A stretch of DNA of 61,499 nucleotides, taken from assembly GCA_041168925.1 (NCBI GenBank), contig JBEEJY010000008.1:1-61499 (forward strand). Direction: 5' to 3'. Of this stretch, positions 52,896-61,292 are shown piece by piece (positions within the stretch are counted from its first letter, which is position 1; the number at the start of each line of letters is the position of its first letter). The position numbers were made by a program, and so were the translations under genes. Origin of the DNA: Candidatus Parcubacteria bacterium (GTDB lineage: Bacteria; Patescibacteriota; Minisyncoccia; Phycocordibacterales; UBA2100). Below the pieces are notes generated by a model that was not told the DNA's origin, did no database searches, and saw nothing but the letters and a program-made list of their open reading frames with translations.

Positions 52896-53888
52896 CTAGA
52901 GGCCAATGGGCGTGAACGCGAACACACTGCCGGGATCGGTTTGGTTGAATTTCACCGCGTAAGCCTCGAAAAAACTCGCCAACGCGACATAATTTTTCCC
53001 GAATTCGTCGACCGAATTATCGTATGTCTGAATTCGCGCGAGAAAATCCTCATCGCTCGTTGCAGCAGGTATCAGTTCGAGATTCTTGCCGATCTGGATA
53101 TAGCTTTTCGCGAGCGCAAGGTGCGGTTCAAGCGCCTGGTCGGGGATGGTGTCCATATCCATGAGATTTTGGCCGACATTTTTCAGCGCTTTCGCGAGCG
53201 ATACGACTGCGGCGGCTTTTTGCGGATCGCTGCGGTCTTCGGCCTGGTTTTTTAGCGTCTGTGCCATCCCGAAGTGAAGATCTTCGAACGATTGTACGTA
53301 AGAGCCCGTTTCGTTGCCGTAATCGTAGAGTTTTTGCTGGAGATCGGAGCGGTTCTCTTCTGGCGCTGCGGTCGACACGAGCCCCTGTGGCAGGAACGAG
53401 TATGCGTCGGAAAGCGAGCCGTCACTTCCGGACGGCGGCCCGCTCGACTGCGTCTTCGTGCCGCCGGAAAGGGATTTGACGAACGCATCGAAATCAAATG
53501 CGGTTCCGACATTCGCATTCGCGTCTTCGCCATTGTTGCTCGTACCGACATCGGGCGCGGCAGGAGGTACATAGGTATAAGGTGTCGCGCTCTGTATCTG
53601 CTCCATGATGCTATCGGGCGCTTGCGCGATAATCGGGGCGCGGCCATAGGAGGTCGTGTCGAGCGCCTGCAGATTCGCGCCGCCCCATGCACCCGCGTCT
53701 GATCTTTGCGGCGCGGTGGAAGATTTCGAGAAAATGAAGACTCCTCCGATAAGGAGAAGCCCGGCAATCGCCGCGGCACCGGCAAGATACGGATGCGCCG
53801 CGATCCAGCCGGCGCCACGCGGAGAAGAGGGCGGCGCAGGCGGCGACCCAAGACCGATCGAGTGTAAATCATTGCCTTGCGGCGGCAT
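52896..53888 (-). CDS. Hypothetical bitopic protein, first gene of the T4SS-like cluster
   Basis: ATG 53886-53888 preceded by TATACT-N7. MPPQGNDLH...AAHPYLAGAAAIAGLLLIGGVFIF anchor. Confidence 0.5.
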   Translation of the reverse strand: MPPQGNDLHSIGLGSPPAPPSSPRGAGWIAAHPYLAGAAAIAGLLLIGGVFIFSKSSTAPQRSDAGAWGGANLQALDTTSYGRAPIIAQAPDSIMEQIQSATPYTYVPPAAPDVGTSNNGEDANANVGTAFDFDAFVKSLSGGTKTQSSGPPSGSDGSLSDAYSFLPQGLVSTAAPEENRSDLQQKLYDYGNETGSYVQSFEDLHFGMAQTLKNQAEDRSDPQKAAAVVSLAKALKNVGQNLMDMDTIPDQALEPHLALAKSYIQIGKNLELIPAATSDEDFLARIQTYDNSVDEFGKNYVALASFFEAYAVKFNQTDPGSVFAFTPIGL

Positions 53889-53986
53889 GACACCAAGTAT
53901 ACCGCTCAACAGAGCGTGTGTGAGCGCTATACACAACCGCGCTCCTCTTGAGACACGTCATGGGTATAGGCTGTTAGAATAAGCGT

Positions 53987-54301
53987 ATGCGCTTCTTTGC
54001 AGCATCAGCGTTCGCAGCGGCCCTCTTCACCCCGCTTATAGCACTCGCGTTTCCCTTCGGCGGGCAGATTGGCATCGTGAAGCCCTGTTACAATCAGGCG
54101 ATTTACGCGAATCTCGGTCCGCCACGCGGAGGACCCTACATCTGGTCGACAGGAACGAAAACCTACCAGTTCGGGCCGCCGAGTCACGGAGGCCAGTGGC
54201 TCCTTGGTCTCGCGAGTGCGCCTTACTATTGCATCATCTCGATTCAGCCGATCATCGTCTGGCCGGGCACGTACATCACGATGATGGGCAGTAGTCGCTA
54301 A
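53987..54301 (+). CDS. Hypothetical small secreted protein (2 Cys)
   Basis: MRFFAASAFAAALFTPLIALA signal. TAGAAT-N6-ATG. Confidence 0.5.
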   Translation: MRFFAASAFAAALFTPLIALAFPFGGQIGIVKPCYNQAIYANLGPPRGGPYIWSTGTKTYQFGPPSHGGQWLLGLASAPYYCIISIQPIIVWPGTYITMMGSSR

Positions 54302-55074
54302 TGAGCGAGCGCTAGTTCCCGCGCCAGGCGCTTCCACGTCTGTAAATCGAGCTCCTCGGCCCGGTCGGTGTTCCCGAGCCACTTCGGAGCGTCGCCGAAT
54401 CGTTTTTTGAGATTTCCGCGGAGAATCTTCCGTTTGGAAGAAAATCCCGCCTTTACGACCGCGAAAAACTCCTCTTCGCTCGCGTCGTTGAAAAAATCTC
54501 TCGATATATCCGTGATAAGCAGAATGGCGGAGTCAACAGACGGCTGGGGATTGAAATTCCCTTTTGAGACCCTCGCGACGATCTTCGGAGTGCCGTATGC
54601 TTTGACCGAAAGAGAAAGGACGCTCTCTTTCCCGTTGCGCGCGACGATCCGATCCGCGACCTCTTTTTGCACGAGGAGCGCCATTGCGCGCGGCTGGCAG
54701 TTCGCCGTGAGAAAATATCGAATAATGTCACCCGTGATATAATACGGGATATTGGCGGCGACCACGTACGCTCCGAGATCCGACTCTTTGCCGTCGAGAT
54801 CGCGGATGTCGGCGGCGGCAAGAACCAGCCGCCCACGATCTATTTCGTTTTTAAATGTTTGTTCCAGTTCTTCGACAAGCCTCTTGTCTTTCTCGACCGC
54901 GACGACTCGCCCGCCCGTTCGGAGCAGTTCTTTTGTAAGCGCGCCCTTGCCGGGTCCGATCTCGAGTATCGTCTCGTTCGGCCGCACCGCTATAGCGTCC
55001 GCGAGCTTCTTCGCGGCCCACTGCCCCGTCAGAAAATGCTGGCCCAAGCGAGTGCCGCGTTTTTTCATGCTCAT
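54298..55074 (-). CDS. rsmA: 16S rRNA (adenine1518/1519-N6)-dimethyltransferase
   Basis: LGQHFL..., ILEIGPGKGALT SAM motif, VVANIPYYIT. The start overlaps the uvrD stop (ATGA). Confidence 0.9.
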   Translation of the reverse strand: MSMKKRGTRLGQHFLTGQWAAKKLADAIAVRPNETILEIGPGKGALTKELLRTGGRVVAVEKDKRLVEELEQTFKNEIDRGRLVLAAADIRDLDGKESDLGAYVVAANIPYYITGDIIRYFLTANCQPRAMALLVQKEVADRIVARNGKESVLSLSVKAYGTPKIVARVSKGNFNPQPSVDSAILLITDISRDFFNDASEEEFFAVVKAGFSSKRKILRGNLKKRFGDAPKWLGNTDRAEELDLQTWKRLARELALAH

Positions 55075-56987
55075 TCGATGACCTCTTCCGCGGCATCGGC
55101 GGTATTCGCCCACGCAAGGAGCCGATCGTCGATATCGCCGAGGAATTCCGACGGTACGGCAGGCTCGCGCGAGCCGAATTTCAGTCGCGAGCGGGCGAAG
55201 GTAAGAAAGAGACGATCCTTCGCCCGCGTGAGCGCGACGTAAAACAACCGCCTCTCCTCCTCCGGATCCGCGCCCTCGTCGAGTTTTTGTGACGGGAAGA
55301 GACCTTGCTCGAGCCCCGTCAAAAAGACCGATTCAAATTCCAGCCCTTTGGCGGCGTGAACCGTCATGAGCGATACGCGTTCGTCGTCTCGCATCTCGTC
55401 TTGATCGCTCTGCAGCGCGGCTTCTTCAAGCAGGAGCTCGATTCCGCGTGGCGGGAGCTCGGTATCGTAGCGCACCGCGAGGTTGACGAGCTCTTTTACG
55501 TTGTCGAAATGCTCCGCTTCTTCCCGACCCGCCTTTTCTTTGTACATTCGCTCCAAGCCGCTCTCTTCGATGAGGAATCTGAGCGCCTCCGAGAGCGGAA
55601 GAGTCTCGAGCGCATGTCGTACGCGCTTCAACATCTCCCGAAACGCGGCGAGTTTCGCGCGCGCCGCGCTCGACAAATCGCCTTCGGCGCCCGCGAGTAC
55701 TTTCGTGAGCGTGGAGCGTCCGATTCCGCGCGGCGGAGTCGCGATAATGCGCAAAAGATCGTGCATTCGCTTTGGATTGAGCGCGGCGCGCGCGTAAGCG
55801 AGCACGTCTTTAACCTCTTTGCGCTCGAAGAAGCGCGTCCCGATGACGCGATACGGGATGCCGAGTGCAAGGAACGCTTCTTCGAGCGCGCGCGACTGGA
55901 AATTATTGCGGTAGAGAACCGCGGTTTCTTTCGCGCGCTCTTTCTTTTTCATGAGCTGTTCAATTTGTTGCGCTACGAACCATGCCTCTTCCATTTCGTC
56001 GCGCGCCTCGTAGAGGTAAATCGGCTCGCCCGTCTCGCGCGTAGAGCGCAAAACCTTCGGTAATCGGTTGGCGTTTTTCGAGATAATGGCGTTGGCCGCA
56101 GCAATGATGGTTCCGGTCGAGCGGTAGTTTTCTTCGAGCACGACGGTCTTGGTACCCGGGAAAGAGCGCTCGAATGAGAGCAGGTTTTCGAGCTTCGCTT
56201 GCCGCCAGGTGTAAATGCACTGATCGAGGTCGCCGACGACGCAGATGTTTTGCCGCTCGCCGGCGAGAAGCCGCGCGATGTCGTATTGCACCACATTGGT
56301 ATCTTGGTATTCGTCGATCGTAATGTGGCTCCAGCGGGAGCGGAGCAGCTCGACGACGTCAGAGCGTCGTTTAAGCAACTCGCGCGCTTTCTGAAGCAGA
56401 TCGTCGAAGTCGAGCGCGCCCTCTTCCATGAGCGCGCTCTCATACATCTCCCAGGCGCGCGCAACCACTCGCTGTCGGTGGGATCGCGCTTCCTCCGCAT
56501 ACTCGGCCCGATCAACGCCGCTTCCCTTCTCGCGCGAGATCGCAGCGAGTATGCCGCTCGGGTTTTCATCTTCCATGCCCGTGGCCCGAAGAAGTCGCTT
56601 CATGGTCCGCAACTGATCGTCGCGATCGGCAATCGTGAAGCGCGCTGAAACCCCCACGTTGGGACCGAATTCGCGCAGGAGCCGCACGGCGAGCGAATGA
56701 AAGGTCGCGACAAGCGGCATCCCGCCGGCTCCACCGAGATGATCGACCTTCGTCCGATCCGCTTCGAGCAGGTTTCGCACCCGCTCCCGCATCTCCCCGG
56801 CCGCTTTGTTGGTGAACGTGACCGCCAGTATCCGGTTTCCCGCGACGCCGCTTCGTATAAGGTGTGCGATTCGGTGCGTGATGGTCTTCGTTTTTCCCGC
56901 CCCCGCTCCGGCGACGATAAGGAGGGGTCCCTCAAGGTGAGTGACAGCCTCGAGCTGTTTTTTATTCAAAGAATCGAGGTGCGACAT
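55071..56987 (-). CDS. UvrD/PcrA-family ATP-dependent DNA helicase
   Basis: LNKKQLEAVTHLEGPLLIVAGAGAGKTKTITHRIAHL (motif I), TFTNKAAGEM, ITIDEYQDTN, TVHAAKGLEF. Confidence 0.9.
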   Translation of the reverse strand: MSHLDSLNKKQLEAVTHLEGPLLIVAGAGAGKTKTITHRIAHLIRSGVAGNRILAVTFTNKAAGEMRERVRNLLEADRTKVDHLGGAGGMPLVATFHSLAVRLLREFGPNVGVSARFTIADRDDQLRTMKRLLRATGMEDENPSGILAAISREKGSGVDRAEYAEEARSHRQRVVARAWEMYESALMEEGALDFDDLLQKARELLKRRSDVVELLRSRWSHITIDEYQDTNVVQYDIARLLAGERQNICVVGDLDQCIYTWRQAKLENLLSFERSFPGTKTVVLEENYRSTGTIIAAANAIISKNANRLPKVLRSTRETGEPIYLYEARDEMEEAWFVAQQIEQLMKKKERAKETAVLYRNNFQSRALEEAFLALGIPYRVIGTRFFERKEVKDVLAYARAALNPKRMHDLLRIIATPPRGIGRSTLTKVLAGAEGDLSSAARAKLAAFREMLKRVRHALETLPLSEALRFLIEESGLERMYKEKAGREEAEHFDNVKELVNLAVRYDTELPPRGIELLLEEAALQSDQDEMRDDERVSLMTVHAAKGLEFESVFLTGLEQGLFPSQKLDEGADPEEERRLFYVALTRAKDRLFLTFARSRLKFGSREPAVPSEFLGDIDDRLLAWANTADAAEEVIE

Positions 56988-57266
56988 TATCCGACTATAG
57001 CACGTACTCAGGCAAGTCTCTAAAAAATGGCTTAAAATAAGGAGAAATAAGTTGACGAAGGATGTTATCCACCGCGCTGTCTAGACGTGAATTGACCGTG
57101 AAGCCCCGCTCGGGGTAGAGTGGAAGGTAGCGGTACCTCTGCTTCGACCGGCTCTAGTAAAAAGTGAGTCTTAGAGCCACTTTTCAGCCACTCCGTCCGT
57201 ATCGCGGCTTACTTTAGGCATATTTCTTCTAGAACACCACAAAACCCTCGCACGGAGGCTTCCCCT

Positions 57267-58328
57267 CTGCGTTCAGGAAAAAAAGGCCATCGATCCTCGC
57301 CGCGACCGGTAACGAGTCTCATTTCGCTCGCTCTCATCATCGGTTCCCTTATACCCGCCGCCGCGCGGGCTTCCGTTTTAGGCTCGCTCTTCGTCCATGT
57401 GGCCAAGGCGGATTCACAAATGAGCTCTTCCTACGGCAACCTCCAGACCATGCCGCTCTTGAAGCCGGCGATGAACTTCAACCCCTCTGCCGCGCGCGGC
57501 GGCGGCGATATCACGATCGTCAGCGGAACGGCGCTCATGCCCGAGGAAGGGCCGTCCGGCACGATTGCGGACATCGAGAAGTCGAAGAACGGCACCATCA
57601 GCCTCTACGTCGTTCGTCCGGGCGATACGTTGAGCGGCATTGCGCAGCTCTTCGATGTCGACGTCAATACCATTCTTTGGGCCAATAACCTCTCGAAGAG
57701 CTCGCCGCTCCAGATCGGCCAAACCCTCGTCATTCTTCCCATTCCCGGCGTTCGCCACACGGTCAAGAAAGGTGACACGCTCGCCTCGATCGCGAAAGCC
57801 TATGATGCCGATGCGGCCGAAATCGCAAGTTATAACGGAGTCGATGAATCCTCGCTCATCGTCGGATCGGAGATCATGATCCCGAATGGCGAAGTCGCGG
57901 CCGCCGCCCCAAGCTCGAAGCCGAGCGCAAGCGCTGGCGCGACAGCGCACAACATCGGCCCACAAGGCTCGCCAGAACAGATCGGTTACTACCTGCGCCC
58001 GATAATCGGCGGCACACGCACGCAGGGTATTCACGGCTACAACGGAATCGACCTCGCGGCCCCCGTCGGCACGCCGATTCTCGCCTCTGCCGAGGGCGAC
58101 GTGATTGTCGCTCGCGAAGGGGGATGGAACGGCGGCTACGGCAGCTATGTCGTGATCCAGCACAATAACGGCTCGCAAACGCTATATGCGCACTTGTCGG
58201 AAGTCTCGGTAGGAATCGGCCAGCATGTCGTGCAAAGCCAGGTCATAGGAGAAGTCGGCCGGACTGGTCGCGCGACCGGCCCGCACGTCCACTTCGAGAT
58301 ACGCAACGGCATCCGCAATCCGTTCTAA
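57267..58328 (+). CDS. Exported LysM(x2)-M23 peptidoglycan endopeptidase; proposed CTG start (the ORF-track GTG start is at 57399)
   Basis: LysM: YVVRPGDTLSGIAQLF, HTVKKGDTLASIAKAY. M23: GIDLAAPVGTPILASAEGDV, GRTGRATGPHVHFEI. The in-frame upstream codons encode a signal peptide, and GGAGG (57254-57258) lies 8 nt before CTG 57267. Confidence 0.8.
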   Translation: MRSGKKGHRSSPRPVTSLISLALIIGSLIPAAARASVLGSLFVHVAKADSQMSSSYGNLQTMPLLKPAMNFNPSAARGGGDITIVSGTALMPEEGPSGTIADIEKSKNGTISLYVVRPGDTLSGIAQLFDVDVNTILWANNLSKSSPLQIGQTLVILPIPGVRHTVKKGDTLASIAKAYDADAAEIASYNGVDESSLIVGSEIMIPNGEVAAAAPSSKPSASAGATAHNIGPQGSPEQIGYYLRPIIGGTRTQGIHGYNGIDLAAPVGTPILASAEGDVIVAREGGWNGGYGSYVVIQHNNGSQTLYAHLSEVSVGIGQHVVQSQVIGEVGRTGRATGPHVHFEIRNGIRNPF

Positions 58329-58439
58329 ATTGTTTCCGTGATAGGGCTGCTCCACTCGATCGTGTTTCTCGTGCGCCGCTATCTTTCGTAGTTTGATTGA
58401 AGGGCCTGAAGCTGCTACGATAAGGCAGCTGTGTTAACG

Positions 58440-59435
58440 ATGGACGTCATAGTCGATCTCCAGTACGGAGATTGTGGCAAGGGGAAAATCGCCCACTATC
58501 TCGCCCACCACAACCTCTACACCCACGTCCTCCGCTACAACGGCGGAGCGAACGCTGGCCACACCATCTTCCATAACGGCACCAAGTTCGTCACTCATCA
58601 GATACCCGCCGGCGTGTTTTTCGGCATAAAAAGCGTCATCGGCAACGGCTGCGTCGTCGACCCTGACCAGTTCTTCGCGGAACTCAAGATGCTTCAAGAC
58701 GGCGGCATCGATACGGAGGGAAAAATTTTCGTGGCAGAAAATGCGCACATCATTACCGATGCGCATAAGGAAGAAGACCGGCAGGTCGGGGCAAAGATCG
58801 GCACGACGGGGCGCGGCAACGGCCCGGCATATCGCGAGAAATACGGACGCACCGGCACGCGCGCGGTGCAGGTCGCAAGGCTGCAGCCCTACCTCATCAA
58901 CCTCTACAATGAATGGTTTTCAGGCAAAGATGTGAAGATACTTGCCGAGGGTGCGCAGGGTTTCGGGCTCGATATTGATTGGGGTGATTATCCTTTCGTC
59001 ACGTCTTCGCACTGCACGACTGCGGGCGCTCTTTTGAACGGCCTTCCGCCGGGATCAGTCGGCAACGTATGGGGTGTGGCGAAGGTGTATGAAACGTATG
59101 TCGGCAGCAAAGTATTTCAGCCCGATGGCGACGTGTTCAACAGAACCGCCGATATCGGCGAGGAGTATGGCGCGACCACCGGCCGTCGTCGCCAGGTCAA
59201 TTGGATGAATATGCAAACGCTCGAGCGTGCCATCCGCATGAACGGTGTCACGCACATCGTCTTCAACAAAGTCGATGTGCTGCGGGCAGTTGGACGATGG
59301 GCGGCGATCGACGCCGGGAAAGTAGTCGACTTTGGGGACGAGGCATCATTCGCCAGCTTCGTCGGAGAGCGGCTCCAATCGCTCGGGATCAAAAAAGAGA
59401 ATATTTTTTTCTCGGAGAGCAAAGAAACGATCTAA
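58440..59435 (+). CDS. purA: Adenylosuccinate synthetase, short (about 330 aa) form
   Basis: MDVIVDLQYGDCGKGKIAHYL (P-loop GDxGKGK), YNGGANAGHT, GTTGRGNGPAY, GATTGRRR. Confidence 0.85.
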   Translation: MDVIVDLQYGDCGKGKIAHYLAHHNLYTHVLRYNGGANAGHTIFHNGTKFVTHQIPAGVFFGIKSVIGNGCVVDPDQFFAELKMLQDGGIDTEGKIFVAENAHIITDAHKEEDRQVGAKIGTTGRGNGPAYREKYGRTGTRAVQVARLQPYLINLYNEWFSGKDVKILAEGAQGFGLDIDWGDYPFVTSSHCTTAGALLNGLPPGSVGNVWGVAKVYETYVGSKVFQPDGDVFNRTADIGEEYGATTGRRRQVNWMNMQTLERAIRMNGVTHIVFNKVDVLRAVGRWAAIDAGKVVDFGDEASFASFVGERLQSLGIKKENIFFSESKETI

Positions 59436-59483
59436 GGTTGAGGCCGGGCAAAGCCCGGCCCCGCAAGAAAGAGAGGGCTCGGA

Positions 59484-59648
59484 TCAGAATTCGCGCGGTA
59501 TGCCATACTCGGCACCGCACTTGTCGCACTTAAAATGCGTCTCGTCTTTGCGCCGCAGTTCGCCCTCGCCGCAACTTCCGCACCGATTCTTCAGGTCGCG
59601 GAACTCGCCTCTGACAGTGACTACATCGCCCATTTGCTGCTCGCTCAT
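59484..59648 (-). CDS. Small zinc-ribbon protein (54 aa, below the ORF-track cutoff)
   Basis: Hand translation: MSEQQMGDVVTVRGEFRDLKNRCGSCGEGELRRKDETHFKCDKCGAEYGIPREF. It has CxxC...CxxC, and SD GAGGTG lies 4 nt upstream. Confidence 0.5.
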   Translation of the reverse strand: MSEQQMGDVVTVRGEFRDLKNRCGSCGEGELRRKDETHFKCDKCGAEYGIPREF

Positions 59649-59730
59649 GGCTCACCTCGTTTAGGAGCATGCACACTCCTACTCGTAAGCGTACTATGAA
59701 AATCCCGATCGGAAACGAACCTGTGCACAA

Positions 59731-61278
59731 TTAAAATTCGCGCTGGCGGTATTGCAGGGCCTCCAACATATGCGCCGGTTCGATCGGCGCGCTTTCGGCG
59801 AGGTCGGCGATGGTGCGAGCGAGCTTGATCGTGCGGTGATATCCGCGCGGAGAGAGCTTCATTGCTTTTGCGGCGCTCTGCAGCGTCGCTTCCGCTTTCG
59901 GTGACAGATTCGCGAAACTCTCGATCTCTTTTGGCCCCATGTCGGCGTTGGTCGAGACGCCTTTTTGGGTTTGAAATCGCCCGCGTTGCCGCGTGCGCGC
60001 CTTTGCAACCTGCGCGCGGGCCCGCTTCGTTTCGCCGGATTCCGTCTTTCGCTGAGTCGAAAGGGTTTCAAACGGAATGTGCCCGACCGAGACCCACATG
60101 TCGATCCGATCCGCGACCGGTCCGGAGATCTTCCGGCGGTACTTTTCGATCGAATGCGGCATGCACTGGCATCTAGGCGTGCCCCAAAAACCGCACGGAC
60201 AAGGATTAAGCGCCGCGATGAGCATGAAGTTCGCCGGAAAGATTGCCGAACCTTTTGCGCGCGAGATTGAGACGACTCGATCTTCGAGCGGTTCGCGCAG
60301 CGCATTGATCACGTCGCGGTGGAATTCCGGAAATTCGTCTGCGAAGAGCACTCCGCGATGCGCAAGCGTCGCTTCACCCGGGCGGATCGCGCTCGATCCG
60401 CCGCCGATGAGCGAAGCGTACGAGCTCGTGTGGTGCGGAGAGCGAAACGGCGGGCGCACGATGACGTTTGATGCAAGCGTCCCGGCAAGCGAGTGAATCG
60501 TCGTCACCTCGATCATCTCCTCTTCGGAGAGGTCTGGAAGAATGGAAGCTGCCGCGCGAGCGAGCAGCGTCTTTCCCGTCCCGGGCGGTCCGTAGAGCGC
60601 GAGGTTGTGGCCGCCCGCGGAGGCGATGATGAGGCCGCGCTTCGCGCTTTCCTGACCGCGTATCTCATCAAGCGCCGCGTCGTCTTCATCCTGTTCGCGC
60701 GGGCGCTTTGGCGCGTAGGGCTCTGCGGGCGATTCGCTCTGCAGTTCTTCAAGCAGCTCGCCGAGCGAGTGGACGGCATGTACGCGCAATTCGGATATGA
60801 GTGCCGCTTCCGCCGCGTTTTCTTCCGGCACGTAAATGTCGGTGAAACCCGCCGCTTTTGCCGCCTGTGCGATTGAAAGCGCGCCTAGGATTCGGCGCAT
60901 ACTCCCATCGAGCGCGAGTTCACCGGCGAATGTCTTTCCCGCGGGATCGAAGATCACCTGTTCGGAAGCGAGCAAAAACGAAAGCGCGAGCGGCAGGTCG
61001 AACGCGGAGCCTTCTTTTTTGAGATCGGCGGGAGCGAGCGAGAGCACGATCTTTTTATTGGAGCGTTTCGGCGATTCAAGTTCGCCCGTATTCTTGATGG
61101 CGGCAGCGATTCGATCTTTCGATTCTTCCACTGCCTTATCCGGAAGCCCGACGATCGTGAACGCGTGCAGGCCTTTCACGATGTCGCATTCGACCGAAAC
61201 GACCACTCCTTTCGGAAGCATCGGCTGCGCGCCAAATACGCGCGCGAAGCCCGATTCGATTTTTTGCTTTTGACCCAC
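59731..61278 (-). CDS. comM: YifB/ComM Mg-chelatase-like AAA+ ATPase (competence/recombination helicase family)
   Basis: N-terminal Lon-like domain VGLPDKAVEESKDRI, Walker A LYGPPGTGKTLLA, GVLFADEFPEF, C-terminal ...SPRGYHRTIKLARTIADL. GTG start preceded by TACAAT-N6. Confidence 0.9.
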   Translation of the reverse strand: MGQKQKIESGFARVFGAQPMLPKGVVVSVECDIVKGLHAFTIVGLPDKAVEESKDRIAAAIKNTGELESPKRSNKKIVLSLAPADLKKEGSAFDLPLALSFLLASEQVIFDPAGKTFAGELALDGSMRRILGALSIAQAAKAAGFTDIYVPEENAAEAALISELRVHAVHSLGELLEELQSESPAEPYAPKRPREQDEDDAALDEIRGQESAKRGLIIASAGGHNLALYGPPGTGKTLLARAAASILPDLSEEEMIEVTTIHSLAGTLASNVIVRPPFRSPHHTSSYASLIGGGSSAIRPGEATLAHRGVLFADEFPEFHRDVINALREPLEDRVVSISRAKGSAIFPANFMLIAALNPCPCGFWGTPRCQCMPHSIEKYRRKISGPVADRIDMWVSVGHIPFETLSTQRKTESGETKRARAQVAKARTRQRGRFQTQKGVSTNADMGPKEIESFANLSPKAEATLQSAAKAMKLSPRGYHRTIKLARTIADLAESAPIEPAHMLEALQYRQREF

Positions 61279-61292
61279 CCGCGTATTGTACT

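Noticed and set aside
57209-57406. 65-aa minus-strand ORF in the uvrD / LysM-M23 intergenic region
   Set aside because: It is antisense to the signal-peptide-encoding extension of the peptidase gene and has no start context or motif.
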